A stretch of DNA of 64,000 nucleotides from a virus: the IMG/VR virus record IMGVR_UViG_3300045988_147821, positions 49,352 through 113,351 of that record. The stretch is one strand, 5' to 3'. The position numbers and the translations under genes were made by a program. The notes under the pieces were generated by a model. The model searched no databases. It was not told the DNA's origin and was given only the letters and a program-made list of their open reading frames with translations. This document shows positions 16,060 through 25,299 of the stretch, one piece after another. How positions within the stretch are numbered: position 1 is the stretch's first letter; the number at the start of each line of letters is the position of its first letter.

Positions 16060-17196
16060 TCAGTCCTCAATAGAGGATTGCCGTTCTTTTAGTGCCTTTA
16101 TTCTTTCGAGAAGTTTCTCCCTGTTTCTTTCAGCCGCAGACTGTTCCTCAAAATCGGTATATTCGTATTCGGGCTTACTTTTCATTTCAGACAGGAACGC
16201 CTTGTTTTTCTCCCTCAAATCATCCCAATTTGCAGACTTGATAAGTTCCCCAGGCAATACCACATCATTTGAATCAAGGATATTGCTTCCAAATCCGTTG
16301 AAGTCCTTGTAATAGGAGGAAGAAAGCTGTGACATCAGTATCACAGGGTTCATCCCCTGTTTTGCGGCCACCATACCCACGACAAGGGAATTAATAGGGA
16401 TATCACGCATGATACGGGATATATTCTCCTTACCATGAAGCGTGGCATTGATGTCGATACGTCCGTCAACGGTAAGTTTGAGTTCATTTCCTTTCACTTC
16501 CTTGCGTGCTTGTTCAAGGATGGCCCGAATCTCCCTTGACATTGCCACGGCATCCTTATCCTTGTTCAACTCAATGAAGTTATCGTACTTTATCTTGAAA
16601 TCGGTAAGCATATCATTGAGCATTTCAAGTCTGCCAGCTTCGGTAGCAACCTTGTAATTCTTGGATTCAATAGTGTATTTGGTTCTACGTTGCTCTATAA
16701 GGTGCCTGTTCTTGTTATAGAATGTTTTCAGTTCACCTTCCGACATGATATATCCATGACGTTTACGGCATACCTTCTGTACGTCCGTAATGGAATTGTA
16801 AGAGCCGAACAGGTCCAGGAGCAATGGGGCAAGAGAGGAATCCTTTGTCCCCTTCTTGCTGTTGCTTAAGTCGAAAGCGGCACAATATGTCTTATATGCT
16901 TCGTTGCATCGTATCGTAAGGGGCGTAATAATTTCCTTCTTTATCTCCAGCGCATCATCTATATCCTCCTTGGAACAACCCTTGTTGGCAAGAAGTCCTT
17001 TCACGTTGGGGGATTTCAAGTCCACACGGACATTTGCTCCCTGATCATTCGTACAGATAAAATACCTGTCAGGACAGTTGTCAAGATTCTGTCTTGCCAT
17101 TTCGTAATCTAGGTATTTCATTTGCAGATAGGGTTCTGCAAGCTGCACAAAATCGGGTGCATCCCTTAGCAAATCCTTACGCTCCTTATCAGTCAT
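16060..17196 (-). CDS. hypothetical protein (378 aa)
   Basis: Long protein-like ORF with a coiled-coil-like C-terminus. No motif recognised. Confidence 0.6.
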   Translation of the reverse strand: MTDKERKDLLRDAPDFVQLAEPYLQMKYLDYEMARQNLDNCPDRYFICTNDQGANVRVDLKSPNVKGLLANKGCSKEDIDDALEIKKEIITPLTIRCNEAYKTYCAAFDLSNSKKGTKDSSLAPLLLDLFGSYNSITDVQKVCRKRHGYIMSEGELKTFYNKNRHLIEQRRTKYTIESKNYKVATEAGRLEMLNDMLTDFKIKYDNFIELNKDKDAVAMSREIRAILEQARKEVKGNELKLTVDGRIDINATLHGKENISRIMRDIPINSLVVGMVAAKQGMNPVILMSQLSSSYYKDFNGFGSNILDSNDVVLPGELIKSANWDDLREKNKAFLSEMKSKPEYEYTDFEEQSAAERNREKLLERIKALKERQSSIED

Positions 17197-17198
17197 AA

Positions 17199-17630
17199 TT
17201 ACATTCCTTTCTTGGCTTCTTCCACAAGTTCACGTACTTCCGTATTGAACACGTCACCATATACCTTTGCAAGATGTGTGGCGGTTTTCATACATTTTTC
17301 AGCAATACTTGTCGTTGTATCCCCTGACTTGTCGTTCTTCTCCGCTTCCTCTATTTCGTCAAGATGCTTGGATACTAGCATTGAATAGAGAGGGAAAAGT
17401 TTTTGATCGTGCATCAACACCTGCTGGTTTACTGCCGCCAGCTTGATGCCGCTTCCCAGTCCGTCACGGAATCCGGCTTCCGCATCGAATGATACAGTGC
17501 CACCTTTGGACTGTTTCCATTTCTGAATGATTTCGTTGAAGAACTTTTCTTCGGGATTCTGTTGCTGTTGCTGACCGCCATTCTGTTGCATGGCTGCCTG
17601 TGGATTAAATTCCTGTTGCATGTTGTTCAA
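17199..17630 (-). CDS. hypothetical protein with Q-rich N-terminus (143 aa)
   Basis: ORF 2 nt upstream of the next gene. -7 box 39 nt upstream. Confidence 0.55.
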   Translation of the reverse strand: MNNMQQEFNPQAAMQQNGGQQQQQNPEEKFFNEIIQKWKQSKGGTVSFDAEAGFRDGLGSGIKLAAVNQQVLMHDQKLFPLYSMLVSKHLDEIEEAEKNDKSGDTTTSIAEKCMKTATHLAKVYGDVFNTEVRELVEEAKKGM

Positions 17631-17668
17631 ATTTTTATTGGTTAATAATTCGTTGCGTTATATTGTCA

Positions 17669-17676
17669 CAAAGGTA
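17669..17676 (-). promoter_or_regulatory. -7 box TACCTTTG
   Basis: Fits TAnnTTTG on the minus strand, upstream of the ATG at 17630. Confidence 0.45.
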
Positions 17677-18033
17677 GCTTTTCCATTTCATATATACAAC
17701 AATGGGAGATTGAAAACCAATCCCCCATCATCGTCTATAAAACAGAGGACTTTCACCTCACGTCACCCTTCAATGACGGCATTGTGATTAAACTAGAATT
17801 TATGTTGATGTTAAGATAAAGATTATCAAAGTAAAAGAAGTACATGTTTCACAACATCCCTTCTATTGAACGTAACACATTACTAAAACATTCGATTTGC
17901 AAATGTTTGCATTCGTTTCTATATGTCACATACCGTAAACGAACGTACTAAACGAACAATTATTATTAAACTCATTTATGAAATAACAATAAACAAATTT
18001 TGAAATGTATATTATTCCTCTCTTGGAACGCTG

Positions 18034-18101
18034 CAAAGATAGGAAGTTATTTTAAATTCACAAAGAAAAACTACGAAAATTTTTATAAAAAGTTTTTTAG
18101 T
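18034..18101 (-). promoter_or_regulatory. palindrome-class promoter: 39-nt conserved element plus -7 box TATCTTTG
   Basis: The 39-mer at 18063-18101 is identical to 37092-37130. Palindrome TTTTTATAAAAA at 18080-18091. -7 box at 18034-18041. Confidence 0.5.
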
Positions 18102-18104
18102 ATT

Positions 18105-18144
18105 ATACAAATAAATGGACCACAAGCATTTACCTGTGGTCCAT
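18105..18144 (-). terminator. hairpin terminator
   Basis: Perfect 10-bp stem ATGGACCACA (18115-18124) / TGTGGTCCAT (18135-18144). The minus strand continues TTATTTGTAT. Downstream of 18262..18723. Confidence 0.55.
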
Positions 18145-18261
18145 CATCCGACTTTTATTATAATCAGCTACTGTTCCTACATTAAGGACAACCGTTAACT
18201 AACTCTTTGCCCAAATACTTCTACCTATTCGGACAGTGCAAATATATGGATTGTGTTTGGA

Positions 18262-18723
18262 TTATACAAATATTGAGATACAAATTCCATCCTCATTTCC
18301 TACAAGAATAGAATGATCATCAAGTTCCTTGGCTGCAAAGTCATACATTTGCATATCTGAATGATGGGTTATTGATTTCACTCTCAAATGATTGCTTTCC
18401 CCATCGCCTGGAATACCCCATGTTTCAATACATTCCCCCTCACAAACAAAGGCAGGGCAGTAGGTGTCCATGTGTTCCAGCCGTAACGGCTGATCTTCCG
18501 TACAGATAAAATGGAATCCATTGTCAAATTCCATATCAATGATTTCAGAACCCGCATAAGTAGGGAAAGCCGAACCCTCTATTGTGACAAGTTCACCGTT
18601 TCTGTCAAGTGCATATACCTGTACATAATCCTTTGTGTCAAGTTCCTCTACGGGAACCATTTTCATATTACCGTCTATTAATGTAGCGATAAGTGTACCT
18701 TTGGCAAAACATTGTTTATTCAT
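18262..18723 (-). CDS. free-standing Hint (intein-like) domain protein, degenerate splicing motifs
   Basis: MNKQ then CFAKGTLI (block A). Block B reads TEDQ instead of TxxH. The C-terminus HSILVGNEDGICISIFV lacks the HN + nucleophile. Confidence 0.6.
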   Translation of the reverse strand: MNKQCFAKGTLIATLIDGNMKMVPVEELDTKDYVQVYALDRNGELVTIEGSAFPTYAGSEIIDMEFDNGFHFICTEDQPLRLEHMDTYCPAFVCEGECIETWGIPGDGESNHLRVKSITHHSDMQMYDFAAKELDDHSILVGNEDGICISIFV

Positions 18724-18732
18724 AACCTCTTT

Positions 18733-19065
18733 TTATTTACTTGGAAAAATCAGACAAATAGGAAGGGAATCCATGCTACCCTGCACTTTCAATGCAAGAT
18801 GCGTAAGGGGATTATGTGGTGCCTTTCTCCTTACTTCTTTCATGATGGATGCAAACTTATCCTTGTCCATCATCAGTTTCATGGGCTGTGGAACGTATTC
18901 ACTGTTTTCTTCCATTTTCATTCTTTCCGCTTGAAGATGGAGCGACAGTATTTCCCCGTCCGGCATTATCTCTTCAAGTTCCTTGATATCATTGGCACAT
19001 ACCACGCTTGTACCGATTTTCCCCTCTTTCGTGAATATGGGGATGTAAAGTTTCGTCTTTTTCAT
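18733..19065 (-). CDS. hypothetical protein (110 aa)
   Basis: ORF in the operon. Confidence 0.5.
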   Translation of the reverse strand: MKKTKLYIPIFTKEGKIGTSVVCANDIKELEEIMPDGEILSLHLQAERMKMEENSEYVPQPMKLMMDKDKFASIMKEVRRKAPHNPLTHLALKVQGSMDSLPICLIFPSK

Positions 19066-19331
19066 GCTGGTTTTCTTATGAATTTACTACTGAATACTTT
19101 TGCTTTCTCAATATTCCATTCTTTCCTATGGCAATAATCCATAATCTTATTCTCTATCACTTTCTCTTGTCCTGGCTGTTCCATAAATGCACTTACCTTT
19201 ATGGAAGTCCTTCCGAATCTGACAGCTATTATGTTATCCGACAGAAGTTCTTCCATTATCCTTTTCATGGACGGTTTGGCAGGAAATCCGAAATACAGGA
19301 TGAACTGGTATTCAAACAGATTATGCGCCAT
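19062..19331 (-). CDS. hypothetical protein (89 aa)
   Basis: 4-nt overlap with the downstream gene. Confidence 0.45.
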   Translation of the reverse strand: MAHNLFEYQFILYFGFPAKPSMKRIMEELLSDNIIAVRFGRTSIKVSAFMEQPGQEKVIENKIMDYCHRKEWNIEKAKVFSSKFIRKPA

Positions 19332-19605
19332 AAGGGTTGACTATTTTATCAAACAATTCTATTGCTTCGTTCTTAATGAACTCTACATCATTGTCTGCAT
19401 CACATTCGATAGATTCATTGCCTTGCAGGAAAACATTCCATTCCTTAATGGTAATAAACCACTTGAACCAAAGGAACTTTCTCTGAACCTGTACCTTTGT
19501 AATGCACGCATATTCATGTCCTGCAATGTAGTCAAAATAAATATGTTCCTCAAATGTGGCACGGAACCGTTTGCCGCCACATTCGCCTTCTTTTAATACA
19601 ATCAT
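19321..19605 (-). CDS. hypothetical protein (94 aa)
   Basis: 4-nt overlap with the RNase H gene. Confidence 0.45.
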   Translation of the reverse strand: MIVLKEGECGGKRFRATFEEHIYFDYIAGHEYACITKVQVQRKFLWFKWFITIKEWNVFLQGNESIECDADNDVEFIKNEAIELFDKIVNPYGA

Positions 19606-20102
19606 AAATCCCTAATTCTTTCGTTATCATTAAATTTCTTATAATTGGCAAGTCCGTCCGCTATATTGTTCCCCACTGCATCATCACTTACCTCATCCTT
19701 TTGGTGTGAACCTCCCTTAAGCCACATTATCCCTACTTTTGCAAGCGGATGGTTTCGTAACTGCAACAGGATTTCATTCCACAAATCGGAATTGCTGTAA
19801 TCCGTTGTAATATTCTTTCCATCATTAAGACATCGTGATATATGATGATTCATGAACTTTACTACAAATTCAGAATCGCATACTATCCTGGCCTTGATAG
19901 GATTACCCTTTGGAAGCAACTCCAAAGCGTTTACAATTGCCCTCATTTCCATTCTTGGAGTTGTGGTGTTACAATACCCTTCCCGAAAAAAAATCTCTTC
20001 TCCTGTGGTCTTATTTACCATGTAGACACCACATCCGCCAAGACGGCTCTTTGAATTGCATGAACCGTCCGTGTAAATATCCCATACATACCTTTCAATC
20101 AT
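19602..20102 (-). CDS. rnhA: ribonuclease HI
   Basis: DEDD residues in context: IYTDGSC, EMRAIVNAL, CDSEFV, NNIADGLA. Confidence 0.8.
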   Translation of the reverse strand: MIERYVWDIYTDGSCNSKSRLGGCGVYMVNKTTGEEIFFREGYCNTTTPRMEMRAIVNALELLPKGNPIKARIVCDSEFVVKFMNHHISRCLNDGKNITTDYSNSDLWNEILLQLRNHPLAKVGIMWLKGGSHQKDEVSDDAVGNNIADGLANYKKFNDNERIRDL

Positions 20103-21786
20103 CCGATCTCCTCCTTATCCTGTCAATTATACACTGATTGAAGTCCTTGAACTCCGTACCCTCAAAACTTCCTTTGTTGATAGAATCGGCCACCATAGCT
20201 TTCTTCTGCAACATATCCCATTGCATCTTGTCAATGGTTTCGGAACACATTAGATGCAATACGGTGATATTGTTTTTCTGCCCGGATCGTTCAAGACGTG
20301 ATTTTGCCTGTTCCATCATATCGGGGGTATCGGGATATTCAATGAAAGCCATTGTATCACATACTTTCTGCAATCCGTCAACACCTGTTCCGATTGTCTG
20401 TATATTGGCAAACAGGAACTGTTTGTCACCGAACTCTTCTATTTTCTTCTGTTTGGTTTGCAGATTATCATCACCTGTTATGATTACAGAGGATTTCATA
20501 AATTCCACCCACAACCTTTTCAAAGGTTCTTTTCGTATTCCAAACACAAGCATCTTGGAATCTGCATTCGCTTCCGCCCATTCCTGCAAGAACTTTACAA
20601 TAAAATCCATTTTCCCGTTTAGGGAGATTTCTTTCAGCACGGACAGAAGAACAAGACTTTGTGCTCCCATGGCACTTTCGGCCCTTTCACTGTCTATTCC
20701 CGACAGATAGGATATAAGGTCATTTTCAGCCTTCCTATATTCCCTCATGTTCTTGAAGTCACATTCAACGTATGTGTCCGTAATAGGAGGAAGGTCTTTC
20801 AATATATCCCGTTTTTCCTTGGATATGTAACAGTAATGGGAAAGGACCTTGTTAAGTTCCTCCGTATTACTGTGACCGTCTATGTTCTGTCCGAAAAAGG
20901 TCATTTTACGGTTACAGTACCTGTCATAATAGAACTGCAAATCGGGAAACAAATCGGTGAACCGTCCTAATATCTTAAGGATTGATATAAGTTCCTTTGG
21001 ACGTGATTGCACCATTGTTCCCGACAACCCCTGTGCGACGGGAATCTTTGAAACAATCTTTTTCACGGCCTTGGAGCGCATCGCATCACCCGACTTACAG
21101 AAGTGTATCTCGTCAATGATTGCCAGTTGGAATTTCTTTTTCTTGAACTCCTTGTCAAACCGTAACTGAATACCTTTCTTCTTGGCTTTCTCGCCCCTTG
21201 CATAGAGATATTCATAGTTTATCACTATCACATCGGCAGAAAAATCATGTTCCTTATCTGTGGCATCAATGATTGATACGGTACGATTGGGATTTATCTC
21301 GTTCCATTCACGTTTCCATCCCGCCTTGACGGTGGACGGACATATCACAAGTACAGGAAACTCCCCGCATATCTCGGCATAATAGATTTCGGTAAGTGTC
21401 TTGCCGCATCCGCATCCAAGGCCGCAGATACTGTTTCCGTGGTTTATCTGATAGGTGATGGCTTCCACCTGATACGGACGCGGATTCTTGTTCAATCCCA
21501 TTGTCCGTGACATCATTCCTACTTCTTCCTCCGTATATTCATCCCTGTGCGGACGAAGTTCTATGTCGGATGGAGGTGTGAATCTGCCCTCTACAAGACC
21601 TTCTTTCTGAATGAACTGTTTTATTCTCTGTATGTTGGTTATCGTAGCTTCCACATACCATTCCTTGTTGGCGTTGTTCAGCTTACATTTAAGCACGTCA
21701 CTAAGATAGAAGGTCATTTGTGTGGTATAGGGAAGTCCGAAATGATACCAATTGCCCTCCCTATAAAAATACTTGTCAGGTTTCAT
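20095..21786 (-). CDS. SNF2/DEAD-like superfamily 2 helicase
   Basis: 563 aa. Motif I GLGCGCGKT, motif II IIDEIH, and a C-terminal helicase domain. Confidence 0.75.
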   Translation of the reverse strand: MKPDKYFYREGNWYHFGLPYTTQMTFYLSDVLKCKLNNANKEWYVEATITNIQRIKQFIQKEGLVEGRFTPPSDIELRPHRDEYTEEEVGMMSRTMGLNKNPRPYQVEAITYQINHGNSICGLGCGCGKTLTEIYYAEICGEFPVLVICPSTVKAGWKREWNEINPNRTVSIIDATDKEHDFSADVIVINYEYLYARGEKAKKKGIQLRFDKEFKKKKFQLAIIDEIHFCKSGDAMRSKAVKKIVSKIPVAQGLSGTMVQSRPKELISILKILGRFTDLFPDLQFYYDRYCNRKMTFFGQNIDGHSNTEELNKVLSHYCYISKEKRDILKDLPPITDTYVECDFKNMREYRKAENDLISYLSGIDSERAESAMGAQSLVLLSVLKEISLNGKMDFIVKFLQEWAEANADSKMLVFGIRKEPLKRLWVEFMKSSVIITGDDNLQTKQKKIEEFGDKQFLFANIQTIGTGVDGLQKVCDTMAFIEYPDTPDMMEQAKSRLERSGQKNNITVLHLMCSETIDKMQWDMLQKKAMVADSINKGSFEGTEFKDFNQCIIDRIRRRSDD

Positions 21787-21794
21787 TTTTCAAT

Positions 21795-22193
21795 TCAAAC
21801 TTTATCGAACCAAGCCGTATCTTTCTCCCAGTAGAGAAGCCAGTCTTTCCATCTGTGACCGTCTTTCCCTACCTTTCCGTTACAGAAGTTTCCGCACGAA
21901 CGCTTTACCATACCAAGACATTTCTCACAATCGACACAGGCATCGAATCTTAGGAATTTCTTGGTATGGATATTAATGGCTATTACTGATTTTATCCTGT
22001 TTCTCATACCAATATATTTTCCTTCTCTGATACATTTCCTTCTTGTCTTTGCAAGACTTTTCCTGTTTATGGCCCTCTGGGCATCCGTCACCCTTCTGCC
22101 TTTTGCGGCCTGGTTCCCTTTAATAAACTTCTTTGTTATAGCATCTCTGTCAAAGCGTGGGATATCTACCCACAATTCATCCCTTATCGGCAT
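21795..22193 (-). CDS. NUMOD-like DNA-binding protein (homing-endonuclease-related, no catalytic domain seen)
   Basis: 132 aa. A basic repeat KGNQAAKGRRVTDAQRAINRKSLAKTRRK (NUMOD3-like), then IKSVIAINIHTKKFLRFDACVDCEKCLGM (NUMOD1/IENR1-like). Confidence 0.35.
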   Translation of the reverse strand: MPIRDELWVDIPRFDRDAITKKFIKGNQAAKGRRVTDAQRAINRKSLAKTRRKCIREGKYIGMRNRIKSVIAINIHTKKFLRFDACVDCEKCLGMVKRSCGNFCNGKVGKDGHRWKDWLLYWEKDTAWFDKV

Positions 22194-24126
22194 AAATCAT
22201 TTCCATAAATTCTTCTTTCGACATAATACGTGTTCCGTATTTTCTCGCCCGTTGCGCTTTGGACGAATTTGAATCCCTTTCTAACGTGACAAGCAAGTCT
22301 GTTGTTTTTGTGAGCGAAGAAACTTCTTCCCATCCTCTTTTGTACGCTTCTTCCGAAAGTTCCTTGTCACGGAAGCCGGACATCACAAAAGTAGGCATAT
22401 TTGACTTTTCCTTCATGTATATCCCCACGTTCCACAACAGAAAATCATCACGGTGATAGAACTCCACAACCCCTTTTCTGAATGCCACCGCAATTTCATT
22501 GCCGACACCCTTTATCTGTACCAATGAACTTTCCACCATATCAGGTTCTCTTAGGCACTTTTCATAGAGATTATCCATATCATCCGTAGTCTTTATTCCC
22601 ATCGCATCAATGATATTCTGGCACGTTTTCTCTCCTATCTGTCCATGATAACAGTTGAGGGCCGTTGTAAGTTGCGACCATGATTGCGAATTATCCAGGA
22701 TGTTGTTGAACTGTTTTCTAAGGGATGATATTGTTTCGTTTCCTATTCCGTTAATCTTCATCATCCTGTCCGCAGACGCTTCCACGATATCGGAAACGGA
22801 TTTCAATCCATAATCAAAGAACTTCTTTATGGTAGGTCTGCCAAAATCCTCTACTTTCATTATAGAGAAGAAATAGACGATTTCAGAGAGTGCCTTTCCG
22901 TCACATTCGGGATTGGAACAACGAAGTGTTATGCCTTTTGAATCCCATACGGTCTTTTCGCTGCATATAGGGCATACACTGGGGATAGGGTCTGTTCCCG
23001 AATTGAAATGTAATGTTTGCAAGTGTTTGGGAATAACATCTCCCGAACGGCATATCACAACTTCCGCACCTTGACAGCAATGGTTTTCCTTCACATACCT
23101 TGCATTGTAGAGGGTACATCTTTCAACGGTTGCACCGCATAAGTCAACAGGCTCTATCAGTCCGACAGGACACAAAACACCGTCTTTTGACACTTCCCAT
23201 TCTATATCATGGAGAATCGTTTCTTCGCGTTCTGACCATTGAGGATCTTTGTATGCAATCGCATATCGTGGATTCCCATTAGGAAGCCTGCCAAGATTCT
23301 GTCTTGTTGTGGAACGGTTGACTTCTATGACAATACCGTCACATTTGAATTGCGGTGCAAGTGTCCTGTATAGATGATCGAAGTATTTGGAAAGTTCCTC
23401 TGCATCGGATTTAAGGATATCCACTGCATTTACTGTGACATAGGAAGTCTTTATTCCACCGAATATACTTTCATTTATATAGTCAAGCTGACTTTCCTTG
23501 CTCCACTCTTCCCTGTCTGTTCCATAACGGATATACTTCACATCTCCTAGGAACACCGAAAGTTCTTCCGCATTCAAGATACCTCCTACTGCATTCCGGG
23601 CAGCTTTGTAGTTTGTTCCAGGCTTTATTTCACGTAAGAAGTTTTCCTGCTCGAATATGGCTTCACCGAATGTATAGGTAACTTCATCACATTCATCATC
23701 ACCCTCATATATATCCCACGCACTGTTTCCCATCATCTCAAAATGACCTGTACAGTTCTGCCCATAGGTTCCGTCACCACGTGTCCATGCGTTGCCTTCC
23801 TTTTCATTTACACAAAGAGATATACCGTCATATTTCGCTGTAATGACAAGTACATCATCATCTTTAAGGCCGCATGACATTATCCATTTTACAACTTCCT
23901 GTGGCGTTTTCACTTTTTCCAATGAAAACATGGGGATAGGAAGTTTCTCCTTTCTTGTTGCCGGAACTTTATCCTGTATTCCCTTTGAAAACCATGGATT
24001 GCCAGGATTCATCTGCCTTAATTGCCCCACAAGATTGTCAAATGTATCATCGCTTACCTGTGGATCTCCCTCCCTATAACTATCGTTAAGGGAGCGGATT
24101 TTCATTTCAAGTTCCTTTTCTGTCAT
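22177..24126 (-). CDS. ligA: NAD-dependent DNA ligase
   Basis: KxDG adenylation motif (ITAKYDGISL), Zn finger CPICSEKTVWDSKGITLRCSNPEC, HhH region and a BRCT-like C-terminus. Start re-set to ATG 24126 on the basis of an ATGA overlap. Confidence 0.85.
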   Translation of the reverse strand: MTEKELEMKIRSLNDSYREGDPQVSDDTFDNLVGQLRQMNPGNPWFSKGIQDKVPATRKEKLPIPMFSLEKVKTPQEVVKWIMSCGLKDDDVLVITAKYDGISLCVNEKEGNAWTRGDGTYGQNCTGHFEMMGNSAWDIYEGDDECDEVTYTFGEAIFEQENFLREIKPGTNYKAARNAVGGILNAEELSVFLGDVKYIRYGTDREEWSKESQLDYINESIFGGIKTSYVTVNAVDILKSDAEELSKYFDHLYRTLAPQFKCDGIVIEVNRSTTRQNLGRLPNGNPRYAIAYKDPQWSEREETILHDIEWEVSKDGVLCPVGLIEPVDLCGATVERCTLYNARYVKENHCCQGAEVVICRSGDVIPKHLQTLHFNSGTDPIPSVCPICSEKTVWDSKGITLRCSNPECDGKALSEIVYFFSIMKVEDFGRPTIKKFFDYGLKSVSDIVEASADRMMKINGIGNETISSLRKQFNNILDNSQSWSQLTTALNCYHGQIGEKTCQNIIDAMGIKTTDDMDNLYEKCLREPDMVESSLVQIKGVGNEIAVAFRKGVVEFYHRDDFLLWNVGIYMKEKSNMPTFVMSGFRDKELSEEAYKRGWEEVSSLTKTTDLLVTLERDSNSSKAQRARKYGTRIMSKEEFMEMIYADKG

Positions 24127-24449
24127 GGCTGTGACGGATATCTGTAATCGTAACTTGTCTTTTCCACCTTTATCCACTTGATAAGATTGTTGAACTGAAT
24201 CGTTTCCACATCCAACGTCAGTTCAATGCGCAGGAACTCCATGGAATTTATCCATGTTCCGCTCTGAATAAGTGAAGTCACGTTCTTCACGTCCTGCAAT
24301 TCATTGATAGGGAAATCCCGTCTTTCATAATTGAACACTCCTTTCTCGATACTGAACACACAAGGTTGATCGGGAAAGAAAACAAGAAGCAGTGGTTTGC
24401 CTATATGCTTCACCGCTTCTTTCACATTGTGATAGTTGATTTCGTACAT
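24123..24449 (-). CDS. hypothetical protein (108 aa)
   Basis: Start re-set to ATG 24449 (MYEINYH), because the track start 24482 falls inside the -7 box. Confidence 0.5.
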   Translation of the reverse strand: MYEINYHNVKEAVKHIGKPLLLVFFPDQPCVFSIEKGVFNYERRDFPINELQDVKNVTSLIQSGTWINSMEFLRIELTLDVETIQFNNLIKWIKVEKTSYDYRYPSQP

Positions 24450-24479
24450 TTTTAATTCAAAATTATAGGTTATCGGATG

Positions 24480-24535
24480 CAAAGATAACCGTTTTCTGTT
24501 TATTCATGCCCTAATCACCTCACTTTTTATAAAAA
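24480..24535 (-). promoter_or_regulatory. palindrome-class promoter: TTTTTATAAAAA plus -7 box TATCTTTG
   Basis: Palindrome at 24524-24535. -7 box at 24480-24487, 36 nt apart. ATG 30 nt downstream. Confidence 0.5.
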
Positions 24536-24552
24536 TGTTTTTATGTTTTATA

Positions 24553-24585
24553 ACATAAAAATAGGGAGTTAGTTGCCCAACTCCC
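24553..24585 (-). terminator. hairpin terminator
   Basis: GGGAGTT (24564-24570) pairs with AACTCCC (24579-24585). The minus strand continues TATTTTTATG. Confidence 0.5.
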
Positions 24586-24598
24586 TTAAAACCAGTCA

Positions 24599-24973
24599 TT
24601 AACGGTATCTGTAATTCATCGTATCTTTTATGATTGCTTTTTTTACCGCTTCTTTCCTTGCTGCACCCTCTTCTCTCTTGTAGGCTTCCTTGTACCTTTT
24701 ATGAAGAACCTGCTTTTTCCCTGCATCATCAAGTGAAGAGAATGGAGATCCACTGAATCCCTCACCCGGAGCAAGCGATATGTCGGGTACTTCTTCCAAT
24801 CTATCTTCATAGGAAACAGGTTTACGACAATGAGAGCAATCCGGCTGGTCCAACCATTTCTTTTCACCTGTGGAACTGTATCCCCATCGTGTTGAACCTG
24901 CATAATGTTCTTTCTTGTATTCAGGACAATCAGGATTGTCACACCAATACACCGTTTTCTCAACCTTAGCCAT
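24599..24973 (-). CDS. zinc-ribbon protein (124 aa)
   Basis: CDNPDCPEY...CSHCRK. GGAGG lies 5 nt upstream of the ATG. The overlapping ORF 24643..24963 is judged a shadow. Confidence 0.5.
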   Translation of the reverse strand: MAKVEKTVYWCDNPDCPEYKKEHYAGSTRWGYSSTGEKKWLDQPDCSHCRKPVSYEDRLEEVPDISLAPGEGFSGSPFSSLDDAGKKQVLHKRYKEAYKREEGAARKEAVKKAIIKDTMNYRYR

Positions 24974-25286
24974 GACTACCTCCTATATCTTCCAAAAAGT
25001 CAACCTTATGCACTCTCTCAACTGTATAATAGTCTACAATCGTTTCCTTTTTGTCTTTCCATTTGATACCCACAACTTTCATCACGTTCACCACAACAGC
25101 GTTTCTTCCAAGGACAGCGATATAATCATCTATTTCATAGTCACTTCCGTCTTGAACTATCAGATCATATCCGGCTTCTTTCATTACCTCCTTGAATGAT
25201 TCGGGTGTCAGCCCTCTCTCGTAATTGTAAACCATGCTTCCACGAAGATTGTCGAAGTTGGTATAGATTTTTTGCAGTTTCTTCAT
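24966..25286 (-). CDS. hypothetical protein (106 aa)
   Basis: ORF in the operon. Confidence 0.5.
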   Translation of the reverse strand: MKKLQKIYTNFDNLRGSMVYNYERGLTPESFKEVMKEAGYDLIVQDGSDYEIDDYIAVLGRNAVVVNVMKVVGIKWKDKKETIVDYYTVERVHKVDFLEDIGGSHG

Positions 25287-25299
25287 ATTATGTAAAAGT

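Noticed and set aside
18724-18735. Stop codon + 9 nt + ATG in the same frame at 18724-18735 (TAA AAAGAGGTT ATG) and at 52982-52993 (TAG GAGGTTGAC ATG), which could suggest readthrough fusions, for example the 110-aa protein fused to the Hint domain.
   Set aside because: The 9-nt spacer is a GAGG Shine-Dalgarno-like element at normal distance from the ATG. In-frame spacing is expected one time in three, and nothing else supports readthrough.
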